Source: Burkholderiales bacterium (GTDB lineage Bacteria; Pseudomonadota; Gammaproteobacteria; Burkholderiales; SG8-39). From it: 64,000 bases of DNA. Where the stretch lies: NCBI GenBank assembly GCA_038904015.1, contig JBCKKZ010000001.1, forward strand, positions 14,906 through 78,905, written 5' to 3'. Position 1 is the stretch's first letter. Every line of letters starts with the position of its first letter. The position numbers and the translations under genes are program-made. Shown one piece after another: positions 55,325 through 64,000 of this stretch. The notes under the pieces are model-generated. The model was given only the letters and a program-made list of their open reading frames with translations. It made no database searches and was not told the origin of the DNA.

Positions 55325-56356
55325 ATGAAGAAATATCTAAAAATAGCCGTTACAGCTGATCCCGAATTACCCGTTCCGCCAAAACTCTACGGAGGCATCG
55401 AACGTGTCATTGACTTGTTGATCAGGGGGCTGACAGACCGTGGTCACGATGTCACTGTTTTCGCCCATTCCGATTCCGAGGTGTCGTGTCGTCTTGTTCC
55501 GTATCCGGGCAGCAGCAGCCAATCCAAGCTCGACACCTTACGCAATATGTTCGCCATCTCACGCACCGTGATCGGAGGCGGGTTCGACTTGGTACACAGC
55601 TTCGGGCGCATTGCCTACATGCTGCCGTTGCTGCCGTTACCTATTCCCAAGCTCATGACTTATCAACGCGAGGTTACTCCGCATTCTGTGAAGTGGGGTC
55701 ACAAGTTGTCTCGTGGCACGCTGCATTTCTCTGCCATTAGCAAGTGGATGATGAAGGACGTGAAGCACTTGGCCAACTGGCACCTGGTCTACAACGGCGT
55801 GCCAATGGATGTATACGACTTTTCGCCAACGGTGGCCAGTGATGCGCCACTGGTATTCCTGGGGCGCATCGAGCACATCAAGGGTACTCATCTCGCCATT
55901 GAAATTGCACACAAGACCGGGCGCAATCTGGTCATCGCGGGAAACATCCCGGCCAGGTACCAGAACTACTTCGACGAACAGGTGAAACCGCATCTTGATG
56001 GCGATCAGATCCGCTACATCGGGCCGGTGGACGATGAGCAGAAGAACATATTGCTGGGCCATGCAGCAGCCTTCCTCATGCCGATACTTTGGGAAGAACC
56101 CTTTGGCATTGTTATGGCTGAGGCACTAGCTTGTGGCACTCCTGTACTTGGCCTGATGCATGGCGCGGTGCCTGAAGTGGTCCAGGATGGCGTAACCGGT
56201 TTCGTGCGCGATGAAGTGGACGAATTGGCCAAGACAGTGGCTCGCCTTGGCGAGATCGACCGTCGGGCCTGTCGCGAGCGGGCGGAGCGGATGTTCTCTG
56301 GCGAGGCTATCGTTGATTCCTATATGGACGTGTATCGCCAAATGGGCGCGGGCTGA
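55325..56356 (+). CDS. GT4-family glycosyltransferase
   Basis: YGGIERVIDLLIRGLTDRGHDVTVFA...EEPFGIVMAEALACGTPVLG. Confidence 0.75.
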   Translation: MKKYLKIAVTADPELPVPPKLYGGIERVIDLLIRGLTDRGHDVTVFAHSDSEVSCRLVPYPGSSSQSKLDTLRNMFAISRTVIGGGFDLVHSFGRIAYMLPLLPLPIPKLMTYQREVTPHSVKWGHKLSRGTLHFSAISKWMMKDVKHLANWHLVYNGVPMDVYDFSPTVASDAPLVFLGRIEHIKGTHLAIEIAHKTGRNLVIAGNIPARYQNYFDEQVKPHLDGDQIRYIGPVDDEQKNILLGHAAAFLMPILWEEPFGIVMAEALACGTPVLGLMHGAVPEVVQDGVTGFVRDEVDELAKTVARLGEIDRRACRERAERMFSGEAIVDSYMDVYRQMGAG

Positions 56357-56359
56357 ATA

Positions 56360-57610
56360 ATGTCAATGCACATCTGTCTGGTCACACCGGGGCATCTGTC
56401 GACCAACCCCCGACTGGTCAAGGAAGCTGATGCACTAGCCGCAGCCGGTTACCGTGTGAGTGTGGTTTCCTCGCGCCATTTCAGACCGGCAGACGAAGCT
56501 GACCGCGAATTCGAGTCGCGGCCCTGGGCCAGGTACATGACTGCGTACGGTCCATTGGCGGGGCGCTGGCGGCATTTAGCGGGCAGCGCGGATCGCCGGG
56601 TAAGTCAGATGATTTATAGGCTTACAGGGCTATGCGCCGATCGTGCTTACCATCCTGTCACTCCTAGTCTCACCCGGGAAGTGTGTTCCATTCGGGCAGA
56701 CCTGTATATCGCCCACAATCTAGCTGCCTTGCCAGCTGCCTACGCAGCGGCTAAGCAGCGTGGCGCAAAGCTTGGGTTTGACGCGGAAGACTTTCACCGA
56801 GGTGAACTGTCGGCGGCACCGGGGCACGCCTTGGCGTTACGATTGACGCGCGAAATTGAGAACACATACATCCCACGGTGTGACTATCTCACAGCAGCGT
56901 CTCCTGGCATCGCTAGGGCCTACGCTCTGGCTTGCGACATCAAGCAGCCGACTGTGATACTGAATGTATTCCCCAAGTCTGACGCGCCAACCTCTTTTAC
57001 TGACAAGGGTGAGGCGTCGCCGTGTCCAAGTCTTTATTGGTTCTCGCAGACGATTGGAGCCAATCGGGGCCTGGAAGCGGTGATAGAAGCTATCGGAAAG
57101 TCACGGACCCGACCGATGCTATATCTGCGGGGCACTCCCGCACTGGGTTACCTTGACTCATTAAATGCGCTCGCACAGCGGCATGATGTGACAGACTGTT
57201 TGCACATTTTACCGCCTGCCGCACCGAGTGACATGGCCAGACTTGCAGCCCAATACAGCATTGGGATCGCCAGCGAACCGGGGCACACACAAAATAATCG
57301 GATAGCTCTTTCCAACAAGTTGTTCACCTTCTTGCTCGCAGGGGTTCCGATTCTAGCGTCGGCCACCACTGCACAAGCCGATATCGCATCAGCGATGCCG
57401 GGCGCGCTCTTCCTTTATCCGCAGCACGATGCTCAAGCGTTGGCGCGGCACATCGACGACCTGTGTCAATCTCCAGAGCGCTTGGCTCGGGCGCGTCAAG
57501 CGGCGTGGCAACTTGGGCAGACTCGTTTCAATTGGGACATGGAGAGCGCACGCTTTTTGGAGGTCGTGCAGCGCTGTCTGGATTGCATGAGCGAAAAGGC
57601 GCCAACGTAG
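56360..57610 (+). CDS. GT-B-fold glycosyltransferase (GT4-like)
   Basis: MSMHICLVTPGHLSTNPRLVKEADALAAAGYRVSVV, with a C-terminal Rossmann-like half. Confidence 0.5.
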   Translation: MSMHICLVTPGHLSTNPRLVKEADALAAAGYRVSVVSSRHFRPADEADREFESRPWARYMTAYGPLAGRWRHLAGSADRRVSQMIYRLTGLCADRAYHPVTPSLTREVCSIRADLYIAHNLAALPAAYAAAKQRGAKLGFDAEDFHRGELSAAPGHALALRLTREIENTYIPRCDYLTAASPGIARAYALACDIKQPTVILNVFPKSDAPTSFTDKGEASPCPSLYWFSQTIGANRGLEAVIEAIGKSRTRPMLYLRGTPALGYLDSLNALAQRHDVTDCLHILPPAAPSDMARLAAQYSIGIASEPGHTQNNRIALSNKLFTFLLAGVPILASATTAQADIASAMPGALFLYPQHDAQALARHIDDLCQSPERLARARQAAWQLGQTRFNWDMESARFLEVVQRCLDCMSEKAPT

Positions 57611-57650
57611 TGCCCATCGTTAGTAGTCAAGCCGGGAAATTCGAATCTTC

Positions 57651-58379
57651 ATGGAACGCAATGGAATGCTGAAATTTATCAAACGGAGTCTGCCTGAAGG
57701 TTTCAAACGGCGTGTTAAACATTCAATGGGTTTCCAGGACATGGAAACGCGATTGCGCAATTTGCGTCGAGCGGGCTTTGTCTGCGCGGGGGCGGTGGAT
57801 GTGGGTGCTTTCGCGGGCGAATGGGCGCTGCTCGCCAATAATGAGTTTGCATGCCCCGTCATTGTGGTCGAACCGCAGCCAGGGCAGCAATCGACTCTGC
57901 GGCAGTTGGCAGCAAGCCGGCCGTTCAAGCTTGAGCCCATTGCTCTGGCTGCCGAGCCGGCTACATTGAGTTTTCAGCTTCAGCAGACCAACAGTCGGCT
58001 GCTTTCGGATGCCGAGGTGCTAAGCGATCTGCCAAGCATCATGGTGCCAGTGGACCGCCTCGATTTGATGCTGACGCGGCATCCCGAGCTTCACCACAAT
58101 CTGCTGAAGGTCGACGTACAGGGCTTTGAACTTGCAGTGCTGGACGGGGCGGGCGATGCTTTGATGCAGTTTGAAATCGTGATTCTTGAAGTGTCGATCA
58201 TTCGCATCGGCCCGGTGCCGGTGTTCACCGAAGTCCTCGACTACATGGCTTTACGGAGCTACCGGCTGTACGACTTTTTACCTATGTACTATCGGCCGCT
58301 GGATGGCGCTCTATGGCAGGGCGACGCGTTCTTCGTCCGCAACGATTCAGCGTTAGTGGCCAGTGAAAGGTGGGTTTGA
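57651..58379 (+). CDS. FkbM-family methyltransferase
   Basis: GAVDVGAFAGEWA...VVEPQP...LLKVDVQGFELAVLDGAG. Confidence 0.7.
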   Translation: MERNGMLKFIKRSLPEGFKRRVKHSMGFQDMETRLRNLRRAGFVCAGAVDVGAFAGEWALLANNEFACPVIVVEPQPGQQSTLRQLAASRPFKLEPIALAAEPATLSFQLQQTNSRLLSDAEVLSDLPSIMVPVDRLDLMLTRHPELHHNLLKVDVQGFELAVLDGAGDALMQFEIVILEVSIIRIGPVPVFTEVLDYMALRSYRLYDFLPMYYRPLDGALWQGDAFFVRNDSALVASERWV

Positions 58380-59668
58380 GAGTCCTCTGCATTTCTCCCC
58401 GCTTCGCGCCGTCCAACGCGGCAGATAGTCACCGTCTGCGTCTGCTGCTGCCGCATCTGGCAGCGCAGGGCTGTGAGGTAGAGGTTCTGGCGGTGGCTGC
58501 GACTGATGTATCAGGGCCGCAAGACCCTTGGCTTGTTGAGCGGCTACCTGCAACGGTGCCTGTGCATCACGTGCGGGCTTGGTCGCTGTCGGGGTGGGGC
58601 ATGAATGGGTTGGCGCAACGCAGCTTCGTGCCCCTGTACAAGAAAGGCAGTGAGTTGCTGGCCAGCGGTCGGTTCGATCTGGTGTTCTTTTCCACCACTG
58701 AGTTTTTGTTGCATGGGCTTGGGCCGCTGTGGCTGCGGCGCTGGGGTGTGCCGTTTTGCATAGACTTCCAGGATCCCTGGGTGAATGACTACTACCGCCA
58801 GAACCCCCATATCGTGCCACCGGGCGGGCGCTTCAAATATGCGGTGATAGACAAGTTGCATCGCCTAGCCGAACCGGCCGTGGTGCGCCGCTGTAGCGGG
58901 TTTCTTTCCGTATCGCCGGCCTACATTCCCATGCTGCAGCAGCGTTACGGGGATTCAGTTGCGCACCAGCCTCAGTTGGTGGCTGGCTTTCCCGGTGAGC
59001 CTGATGAAATGACGGGCCTGGCTCGGCCCCAGCCACAAGTCGAGACAGCAAACGCCATCAAGACATGGCGCTATATCGGCCGTGGTGGGCCCGATATGGC
59101 TTTTGCGGCAAGCGCATTTTTTGGCGCGTGGCGTATGGCAATAGCGCAAGGTTTGCTATTGCCGGAGACGGTACGATTTGAAGCCATTGGTACCAGTTAT
59201 GCCATAGGCGGTCGCGGAGAAAAAACGCTGGCGCCGCTGGCCGTGCAGGCAGGCTTGCAGGCTTGCGTGGCCGAGACGCCAGAACGCTTGGGGTACAGTG
59301 ACATGCTGCGTGCACTGCTGGTCAGTGACGCGCTGGTGGTGTTCGGTTCAGACGACCCGGCCTACACTGCATCCAAAATTTATCCTTATCTGCTGGCAGG
59401 CAGGCCGCTACTTGCGATCTTTCATGAGGACAGTTCCGTCGTGCAGTTGATTCGCGATGTGGGTGGCGCCGTTTGTGTATCGTTCAATGAGAAAACCACT
59501 CAAGACGCTCTTGCAACCGCTATAAATGATGCGTGGTTTACGCGGGTTGGGTACGGCCACACAATGCCGATGGACTATGTAGCATTTGAGCCATATACAG
59601 CGAGATCGCAGGCACTTGTTGTCGAAAATTGGTTCCGCCAAATTATCAAGGGTAGGCTTGCCACATGA
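58370..59668 (+). CDS. Putative glycosyltransferase (GT-B-like)
   Basis: LRVLCISPRFAPSNAADSHRLRLLLPHLAAQGCEVEVLAV. 432 aa, translationally coupled to its neighbours. Confidence 0.4.
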   Translation: MGLRVLCISPRFAPSNAADSHRLRLLLPHLAAQGCEVEVLAVAATDVSGPQDPWLVERLPATVPVHHVRAWSLSGWGMNGLAQRSFVPLYKKGSELLASGRFDLVFFSTTEFLLHGLGPLWLRRWGVPFCIDFQDPWVNDYYRQNPHIVPPGGRFKYAVIDKLHRLAEPAVVRRCSGFLSVSPAYIPMLQQRYGDSVAHQPQLVAGFPGEPDEMTGLARPQPQVETANAIKTWRYIGRGGPDMAFAASAFFGAWRMAIAQGLLLPETVRFEAIGTSYAIGGRGEKTLAPLAVQAGLQACVAETPERLGYSDMLRALLVSDALVVFGSDDPAYTASKIYPYLLAGRPLLAIFHEDSSVVQLIRDVGGAVCVSFNEKTTQDALATAINDAWFTRVGYGHTMPMDYVAFEPYTARSQALVVENWFRQIIKGRLAT

Positions 59669-60417
59669 AATTGAATCCGACCAACAAGCAACCAATGACA
59701 TTCAAACAAAAATTTGGCGTTTATCTTTATAGGTGGCTGCCGTTAAGTCGTCGCTCGATCAATATTATCCGCTATGAGTTGGCCTGTTGGGTTCAAAGGC
59801 TCGTTAATATGGCTAACCTGGGTTACCAATTGAGAATAAGGAAGATCAGGAAGCAGAAGAATTTAATGATCAATCTGGGCTCGGGTGGGAAGGGTAAGCA
59901 TGGCTGGATCAATACCGACATGGCTTCACATACCGCGGATGATGGTTTAGCTCTTGACATTAGAAAGAAACTACCATTTTCTGACGAGTCTGCTCGTTAC
60001 ATCATGGTCGAACATGTTATTGAGCATCTCGACGTGTTTGACGATGTACCCGCTCTTTTGCGCGAGTGCTATAGAGTCCTAGCGCCCGGTGGTGTGTTGA
60101 GGTTAGTAGTACCGGATTGTGAACGGTATTGTGCAGCCTACGCCCTGGGGACGCGTTCTTCTTTTCTGGAACTAGGGTGGGATTTGGACGCTATGCCATC
60201 TGATATTCACACCAAAATGCATATTTTGAATCACCAATTTCATCAGGGTGGTGAACACATGTTTGGGTGGGATTTTGAGACCATGAGTTTTTTTCTTGGT
60301 CGGTCAGGGTTTAATCAAGTAACCAAAATGAGTTATGGCAAATCAATAATCCAGACAGGCGCTATCGATCAGGCGAACCATCGCTTGTACTCGCTTTATG
60401 TGGACGCGGTCAAGTAA
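59665..60417 (+). CDS. Class I SAM-dependent methyltransferase
   Basis: MINLGSGGKGKHGWINTDM...IMVEHVIEHL...VLAPGGVLRLVVPD. Confidence 0.65.
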   Translation: MKLNPTNKQPMTFKQKFGVYLYRWLPLSRRSINIIRYELACWVQRLVNMANLGYQLRIRKIRKQKNLMINLGSGGKGKHGWINTDMASHTADDGLALDIRKKLPFSDESARYIMVEHVIEHLDVFDDVPALLRECYRVLAPGGVLRLVVPDCERYCAAYALGTRSSFLELGWDLDAMPSDIHTKMHILNHQFHQGGEHMFGWDFETMSFFLGRSGFNQVTKMSYGKSIIQTGAIDQANHRLYSLYVDAVK

Positions 60418-61614
60418 ATGACCGCTATTGCAATGCGCCCCTGCAAGCTTGGAGTCCTGGCCAGCCACCCCATTCAATACCAGGCGCCGCTGTTCCGTGA
60501 ACTGGCGCAGCGCTGCGATCTGAAGGTGTTTTTCGCCCACCGCCAAACGCCGCAGGCGCAAGCTGCTGCCGGCTTTGGCGTAGCGTTTGAATGGGATGTG
60601 GATTTGCTGTCAGGCTATGCGCACACGTTTTTACCCAATGTGGCCAAGCGGCCAGACACGGGCGCATTCCGGGGTTGCGACACGCCGGCCGTTGCGGCCG
60701 AGATCGAGTCTGGTGGGTTTGATGCCTTTCTGGTGATGGGCTGGCACCTCAAGTGTTACTGGCAGGCTATTCGTGCTTGCCGTCGGCGGGGCGTGCCGGT
60801 GATGGTGCGTGGTGATTCGCAGTTGCTCACGCCGCGCAGCCCGCTCAAGCAGGCGGTCAAGGCGGTGCTTTACCCGTGGGTCATCCGCCAGTTTGATGCC
60901 TGTTTGTATGTGGGCCAGCGCAACCGTGAGTATCTGCAACATTACGGCGCGCGAGAAGATCGGCTGTTTTTTGCACCGCATTGTGTGGACACGCTGGCTT
61001 TTGCCTCTGTCGCCGCCGGGGTAGACCGTGATGCCATGCGCGCGGGTTGGGGGCTGACCCCGCAGGATAAGGCGGTGTTGTTCGCCGGGAAACTGGTCGG
61101 GCGCAAGCGGCCAGCGGATCTGGTCCTGGCGGTGGCCCAGCTTCGCGGGCAAGGTGAGCCTGCCGTGCTGGTTTGGGCCGGCGACGGGCCGGACCGGAAG
61201 GCGCTGCAACTGCTGGGTGAATCACTCGGGGTGCCGATGGTGTTTCTCGGCTTTTGCAACCAGAGCCAGTTACCTGCGGTCTACCGGTCGGCAGACGTGT
61301 TGGCATTGCCTTCCGAAAGCAGCGAAACCTGGGGATTGGTGGTCAATGAAGCCATGGCCTGCGGCACGCCCTGTGTGGTGTCGGATGCGTGCGGATGTGC
61401 ACCAGACATGATTGTTCCGGGTGTTAGTGGTGCGGTATTCGAGGCGGGCAATGTGGAGGCACTCGCTAGTGCGATTCAAGGGGTGTTGGATGCGGCCCTG
61501 CCTAGGCAACCAGTCCAGGACAAAGCAGCCGCCTATTCCGTAGCGGCGGCGGCGACCGGTGTGCTGGCGGCAGCAACTTGGTGCGTGGCTCATAGTGAGG
61601 AACAAAAGCTGTGA
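60418..61614 (+). CDS. GT4-family glycosyltransferase
   Basis: ...LPSESSETWGLVVNEAMACGTPCVVSDACGCAPDMIVPGVSG. Confidence 0.75.
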   Translation: MTAIAMRPCKLGVLASHPIQYQAPLFRELAQRCDLKVFFAHRQTPQAQAAAGFGVAFEWDVDLLSGYAHTFLPNVAKRPDTGAFRGCDTPAVAAEIESGGFDAFLVMGWHLKCYWQAIRACRRRGVPVMVRGDSQLLTPRSPLKQAVKAVLYPWVIRQFDACLYVGQRNREYLQHYGAREDRLFFAPHCVDTLAFASVAAGVDRDAMRAGWGLTPQDKAVLFAGKLVGRKRPADLVLAVAQLRGQGEPAVLVWAGDGPDRKALQLLGESLGVPMVFLGFCNQSQLPAVYRSADVLALPSESSETWGLVVNEAMACGTPCVVSDACGCAPDMIVPGVSGAVFEAGNVEALASAIQGVLDAALPRQPVQDKAAAYSVAAAATGVLAAATWCVAHSEEQKL

Positions 61615-62795
61615 GCACTACGCCGCGCATTCTGGTGCTGTTTGGTAATGTGCCGTTGTTGGGGCAGGAGCGGGCAAACATTGAGACTCTTGCCACGCTG
61701 CAGGACACCGGCTGCGCCGTCCGCTTCCTGATTCGCGCTGAATACACCCGTGACTCGATACAGGCTGAATTGAAACGGCGTGGCATCGAGTTTGTGATGG
61801 TGCCGTACTTCGAGAAAGTTCGTTACGGTGCGACGACGCGCGTTTGGTGGCGAAACATCAAGGGCATCTTGGGCGGATCGTGGCAATTGTTGCGCCAGAT
61901 TCGGGAATTCGGCGCAACGCACATTCATGTGGGCAGCACTACCTGGGTATTGAACTTTCTGCCGGCGTTGTTGGTGACGCGCCTTCCGCTGGTATTTCGC
62001 GCAGGAGATATCCCTCCGGCACATCATGCTTTGTGGCGATGGGTCTGGCACTTCACTCGGCGCCGGGCCGCGCACTTTGTGTGTGATTCCCGGTTCATTC
62101 AGTCGAAGTTGATCGAGTTGGGTGTGCGTGAGGATTTGACCAGCGTGATCTATGCGCCAGCGCCTCGTCGTGCTGCCTTCGCTAAGCATGAACCGGCGTA
62201 TCCCAAGTCCAGTGCGGACTTTGTGGTGCTTTACGTGGGGCAGATTACGCACCATAAAGGCGTACATCTTTTGGTCGAGGTGGCAATAGATCTGTGTCGC
62301 GCACGGTTAGATATTCGTTTCTTGCTGGCAGGCAATTATGACTGGAACAATCCGTTTGCCGAGAATTTGATCGCGCGCATCAGTGAGGCTGGCTTGGCTG
62401 AACGCATCTGTTTTACCGGTTTTGTAGAAGACATAGGCGGGCTCTACGAACAGGCTCAACTGCATGTGTGCCCCTCACTTTTGGAGGAGTCATATGGATT
62501 GACGGTGCTGGAAGCTAAGGAACGTGGGGTGCCTTCAGTGGTATTTGCCTCTGGTGGTTTGACCGAACTTGTTACGAATGGCGTCGATGGACTGGTATGC
62601 GCTGAAAAGTCAGCGGCCGCACTACGCCACGCTATAGAGACATACGCTGACCAACCCTCGCTGGTTAGCATGCATGGTCAGGCGGCGATAGCGTCGATGA
62701 GTAGCCTGGGCCTTGACCGGTTTCCCCAAGCGTGGAGAGATGTTTACGAACGTGTTGGAACAACTGCCGGCACTGTGACAGGGATAAACCGATGA
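61611..62795 (+). CDS. GT4-family glycosyltransferase
   Basis: ...CPSLLEESYGLTVLEAKERGVPSVVFASGGLTELVTNGVDG. Confidence 0.75.
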   Translation: MSTTPRILVLFGNVPLLGQERANIETLATLQDTGCAVRFLIRAEYTRDSIQAELKRRGIEFVMVPYFEKVRYGATTRVWWRNIKGILGGSWQLLRQIREFGATHIHVGSTTWVLNFLPALLVTRLPLVFRAGDIPPAHHALWRWVWHFTRRRAAHFVCDSRFIQSKLIELGVREDLTSVIYAPAPRRAAFAKHEPAYPKSSADFVVLYVGQITHHKGVHLLVEVAIDLCRARLDIRFLLAGNYDWNNPFAENLIARISEAGLAERICFTGFVEDIGGLYEQAQLHVCPSLLEESYGLTVLEAKERGVPSVVFASGGLTELVTNGVDGLVCAEKSAAALRHAIETYADQPSLVSMHGQAAIASMSSLGLDRFPQAWRDVYERVGTTAGTVTGINR

Positions 62796-64000
62796 AGATA
62801 CCCGCGCTAGTTCTACTAGCATCTTTGCCGTTGACCCTGGTCATTATGGTTAGCGCTAATAGTTTGCTGAGTTTTATGGCCATTGTGGTGTTGCTTTTAG
62901 GGCTCTGGCTTTTGTGGGTACCCGGGCAATCCCCAGTGTTCATCTTTATCTTCTGTTTTCAATGGCTGCAAGCCAGTAGTAATATTTTTCACAGTAATCT
63001 GCTTGGCGTGCCTGTGGACGAACTAAGCACTTTTGGCGGTGATGTGTCCTTGGCCATTGCCTTGTCGCTGGCAGGCTTGGCGGTGCTGGCTTTGGGCATA
63101 CGTTTGGGTGTCGGGCCAGCAACGCGAACGCAAGATAGTGAGGTTGTGACTGCATTAGCGGCGGTTTGGGATAAACCGCCAGGGTTCTGGTTGCGCTGCT
63201 ATGCGGTTGCATTCGTGGTGGCGTTGGCAGCGCAGTCAGTGGCTTATGTGGTACCCGCGTTGAGTCAGTCTTTTCTAGCGTTGGCAGGCCTAAAGTTTGC
63301 CTTTTACTGGATATTGACACATGTTGCGTTCAGCAGGCCGGGGCCAGAGCGCCAACTTTGGTTGCTGGTCTTTTTTGTCGAGCTGGGTCTTGGCTTTGGA
63401 TTCTTTTCCGGCTTCAAGACTGTGCTGTTCTTCACCGCATTTGGCATGCTGTCCGCGGGGGGCAAAATGACCGGGCAGCGCTTGCTTGGACTAGTGAGCA
63501 TTGTGGCGCTCACGCTTTTACTGGGATTGGGCTGGACAGCCATCAAGACTGAGCAACGGAGTTTTCTAAGTCGAGGATTTGAGACGCAGGAGGTATTAGT
63601 TAGCTACCAGGACGGACTCAAGAACATGGTGAATCTGGCCGGCAAACTGAATTCAACTGACTTGGCCGAGGCGGCGACTGACATGGCACAACGCATATCT
63701 TATGTTGATTTATTTTCACAGGCCTTGGCAACGGTGCCTGCCTACGTGCCCCATGAAAATGGGGCGATTTGGGCGGACGCGATTATCAGACCCTTTATGC
63801 CTCGCTTGCTTTTTTCCGACAAGGCCGCTATTCATGATTCGGAACGTACCAGCTACTACACTGGCCTGCGTGTGAGCGGTGTGGATGAGGGCACCTCCAT
63901 CAGCATCGGCTACATCGGCGAGAGCTACATTGATTTTGGCCCCTACCTGATGATGCTGCCGATTCTTATGTTGGGCTGGATGTACGGCCGCTATTACCGC
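62792..64000 (+). CDS. Polytopic membrane protein (possible polymerase-like), 3' end beyond window
   Basis: ATGA overlap with the previous gene. MKIPALVLLASLPLTLVIMV... An open frame with many hydrophobic segments runs to the window end. It is absent from the ORF track because no stop codon falls in the window. Confidence 0.45.
   Translation, partial: MKIPALVLLASLPLTLVIMVSANSLLSFMAIVVLLLGLWLLWVPGQSPVFIFIFCFQWLQASSNIFHSNLLGVPVDELSTFGGDVSLAIALSLAGLAVLALGIRLGVGPATRTQDSEVVTALAAVWDKPPGFWLRCYAVAFVVALAAQSVAYVVPALSQSFLALAGLKFAFYWILTHVAFSRPGPERQLWLLVFFVELGLGFGFFSGFKTVLFFTAFGMLSAGGKMTGQRLLGLVSIVALTLLLGLGWTAIKTEQRSFLSRGFETQEVLVSYQDGLKNMVNLAGKLNSTDLAEAATDMAQRISYVDLFSQALATVPAYVPHENGAIWADAIIRPFMPRLLFSDKAAIHDSERTSYYTGLRVSGVDEGTSISIGYIGESYIDFGPYLMMLPILMLGWMYGRYYR

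Overview
All coordinates, motifs and repeat alignments here were read and counted by hand, with no searches or computations. Small-motif coordinates may be off by 1-2 nt, and family names come from recognised motifs. This looks like a high-G+C proteobacterial chromosome segment built around surface-polysaccharide genes, in four parts. (1) 1-8.6 kb, minus strand: a Wzc/Wza-type exopolysaccharide export block with an O-antigen-ligase-like protein, a PHP tyrosine phosphatase, a tyrosine autokinase, an export protein, an EpsL-like barrel and a Sel1 protein. (2) 8.6-28.5 kb: a very dense toxin-antitoxin (TA) and conflict-gene island. It holds about 16 modules (VapBC, MazEF, Phd-VapC, RES-Xre, MNT-HEPN, ParDE, HigBA, Fic and others), many half-decayed, mixed with stumps of polysaccharide genes. 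The most unusual signal in the window is here. Repeated, collinear stumps of galE and uxs (UDP-glucuronate decarboxylase), galE::uxs and uxs::galE chimeras, and three copies of a parD-plus-uxs-leader joint cut the island into cassette-like segments. (3) 27.1-28.6 kb: a regulator knot of H-NS, an EPS-type MarR, an RfaH paralog and a perfect ops 12-mer. (4) 28.6-64 kb, plus strand: a long glycan operon. It begins in high-G+C DNA (uxs, an AsnB-GT4 fusion, a truncated ABC exporter) and is interrupted by nested IS elements. It then switches to visibly lower-G+C DNA encoding an ABC-transporter-dependent O-antigen-like pathway: Wzm/Wzt, rfbFGH for a CDP-3,6-dideoxyhexose, a GNAT-aminotransferase fusion, a split transketolase, many glycosyltransferases and two methyltransferases. 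Two more IS elements sit in this part. I recognised no rRNA, tRNA or CRISPR array.
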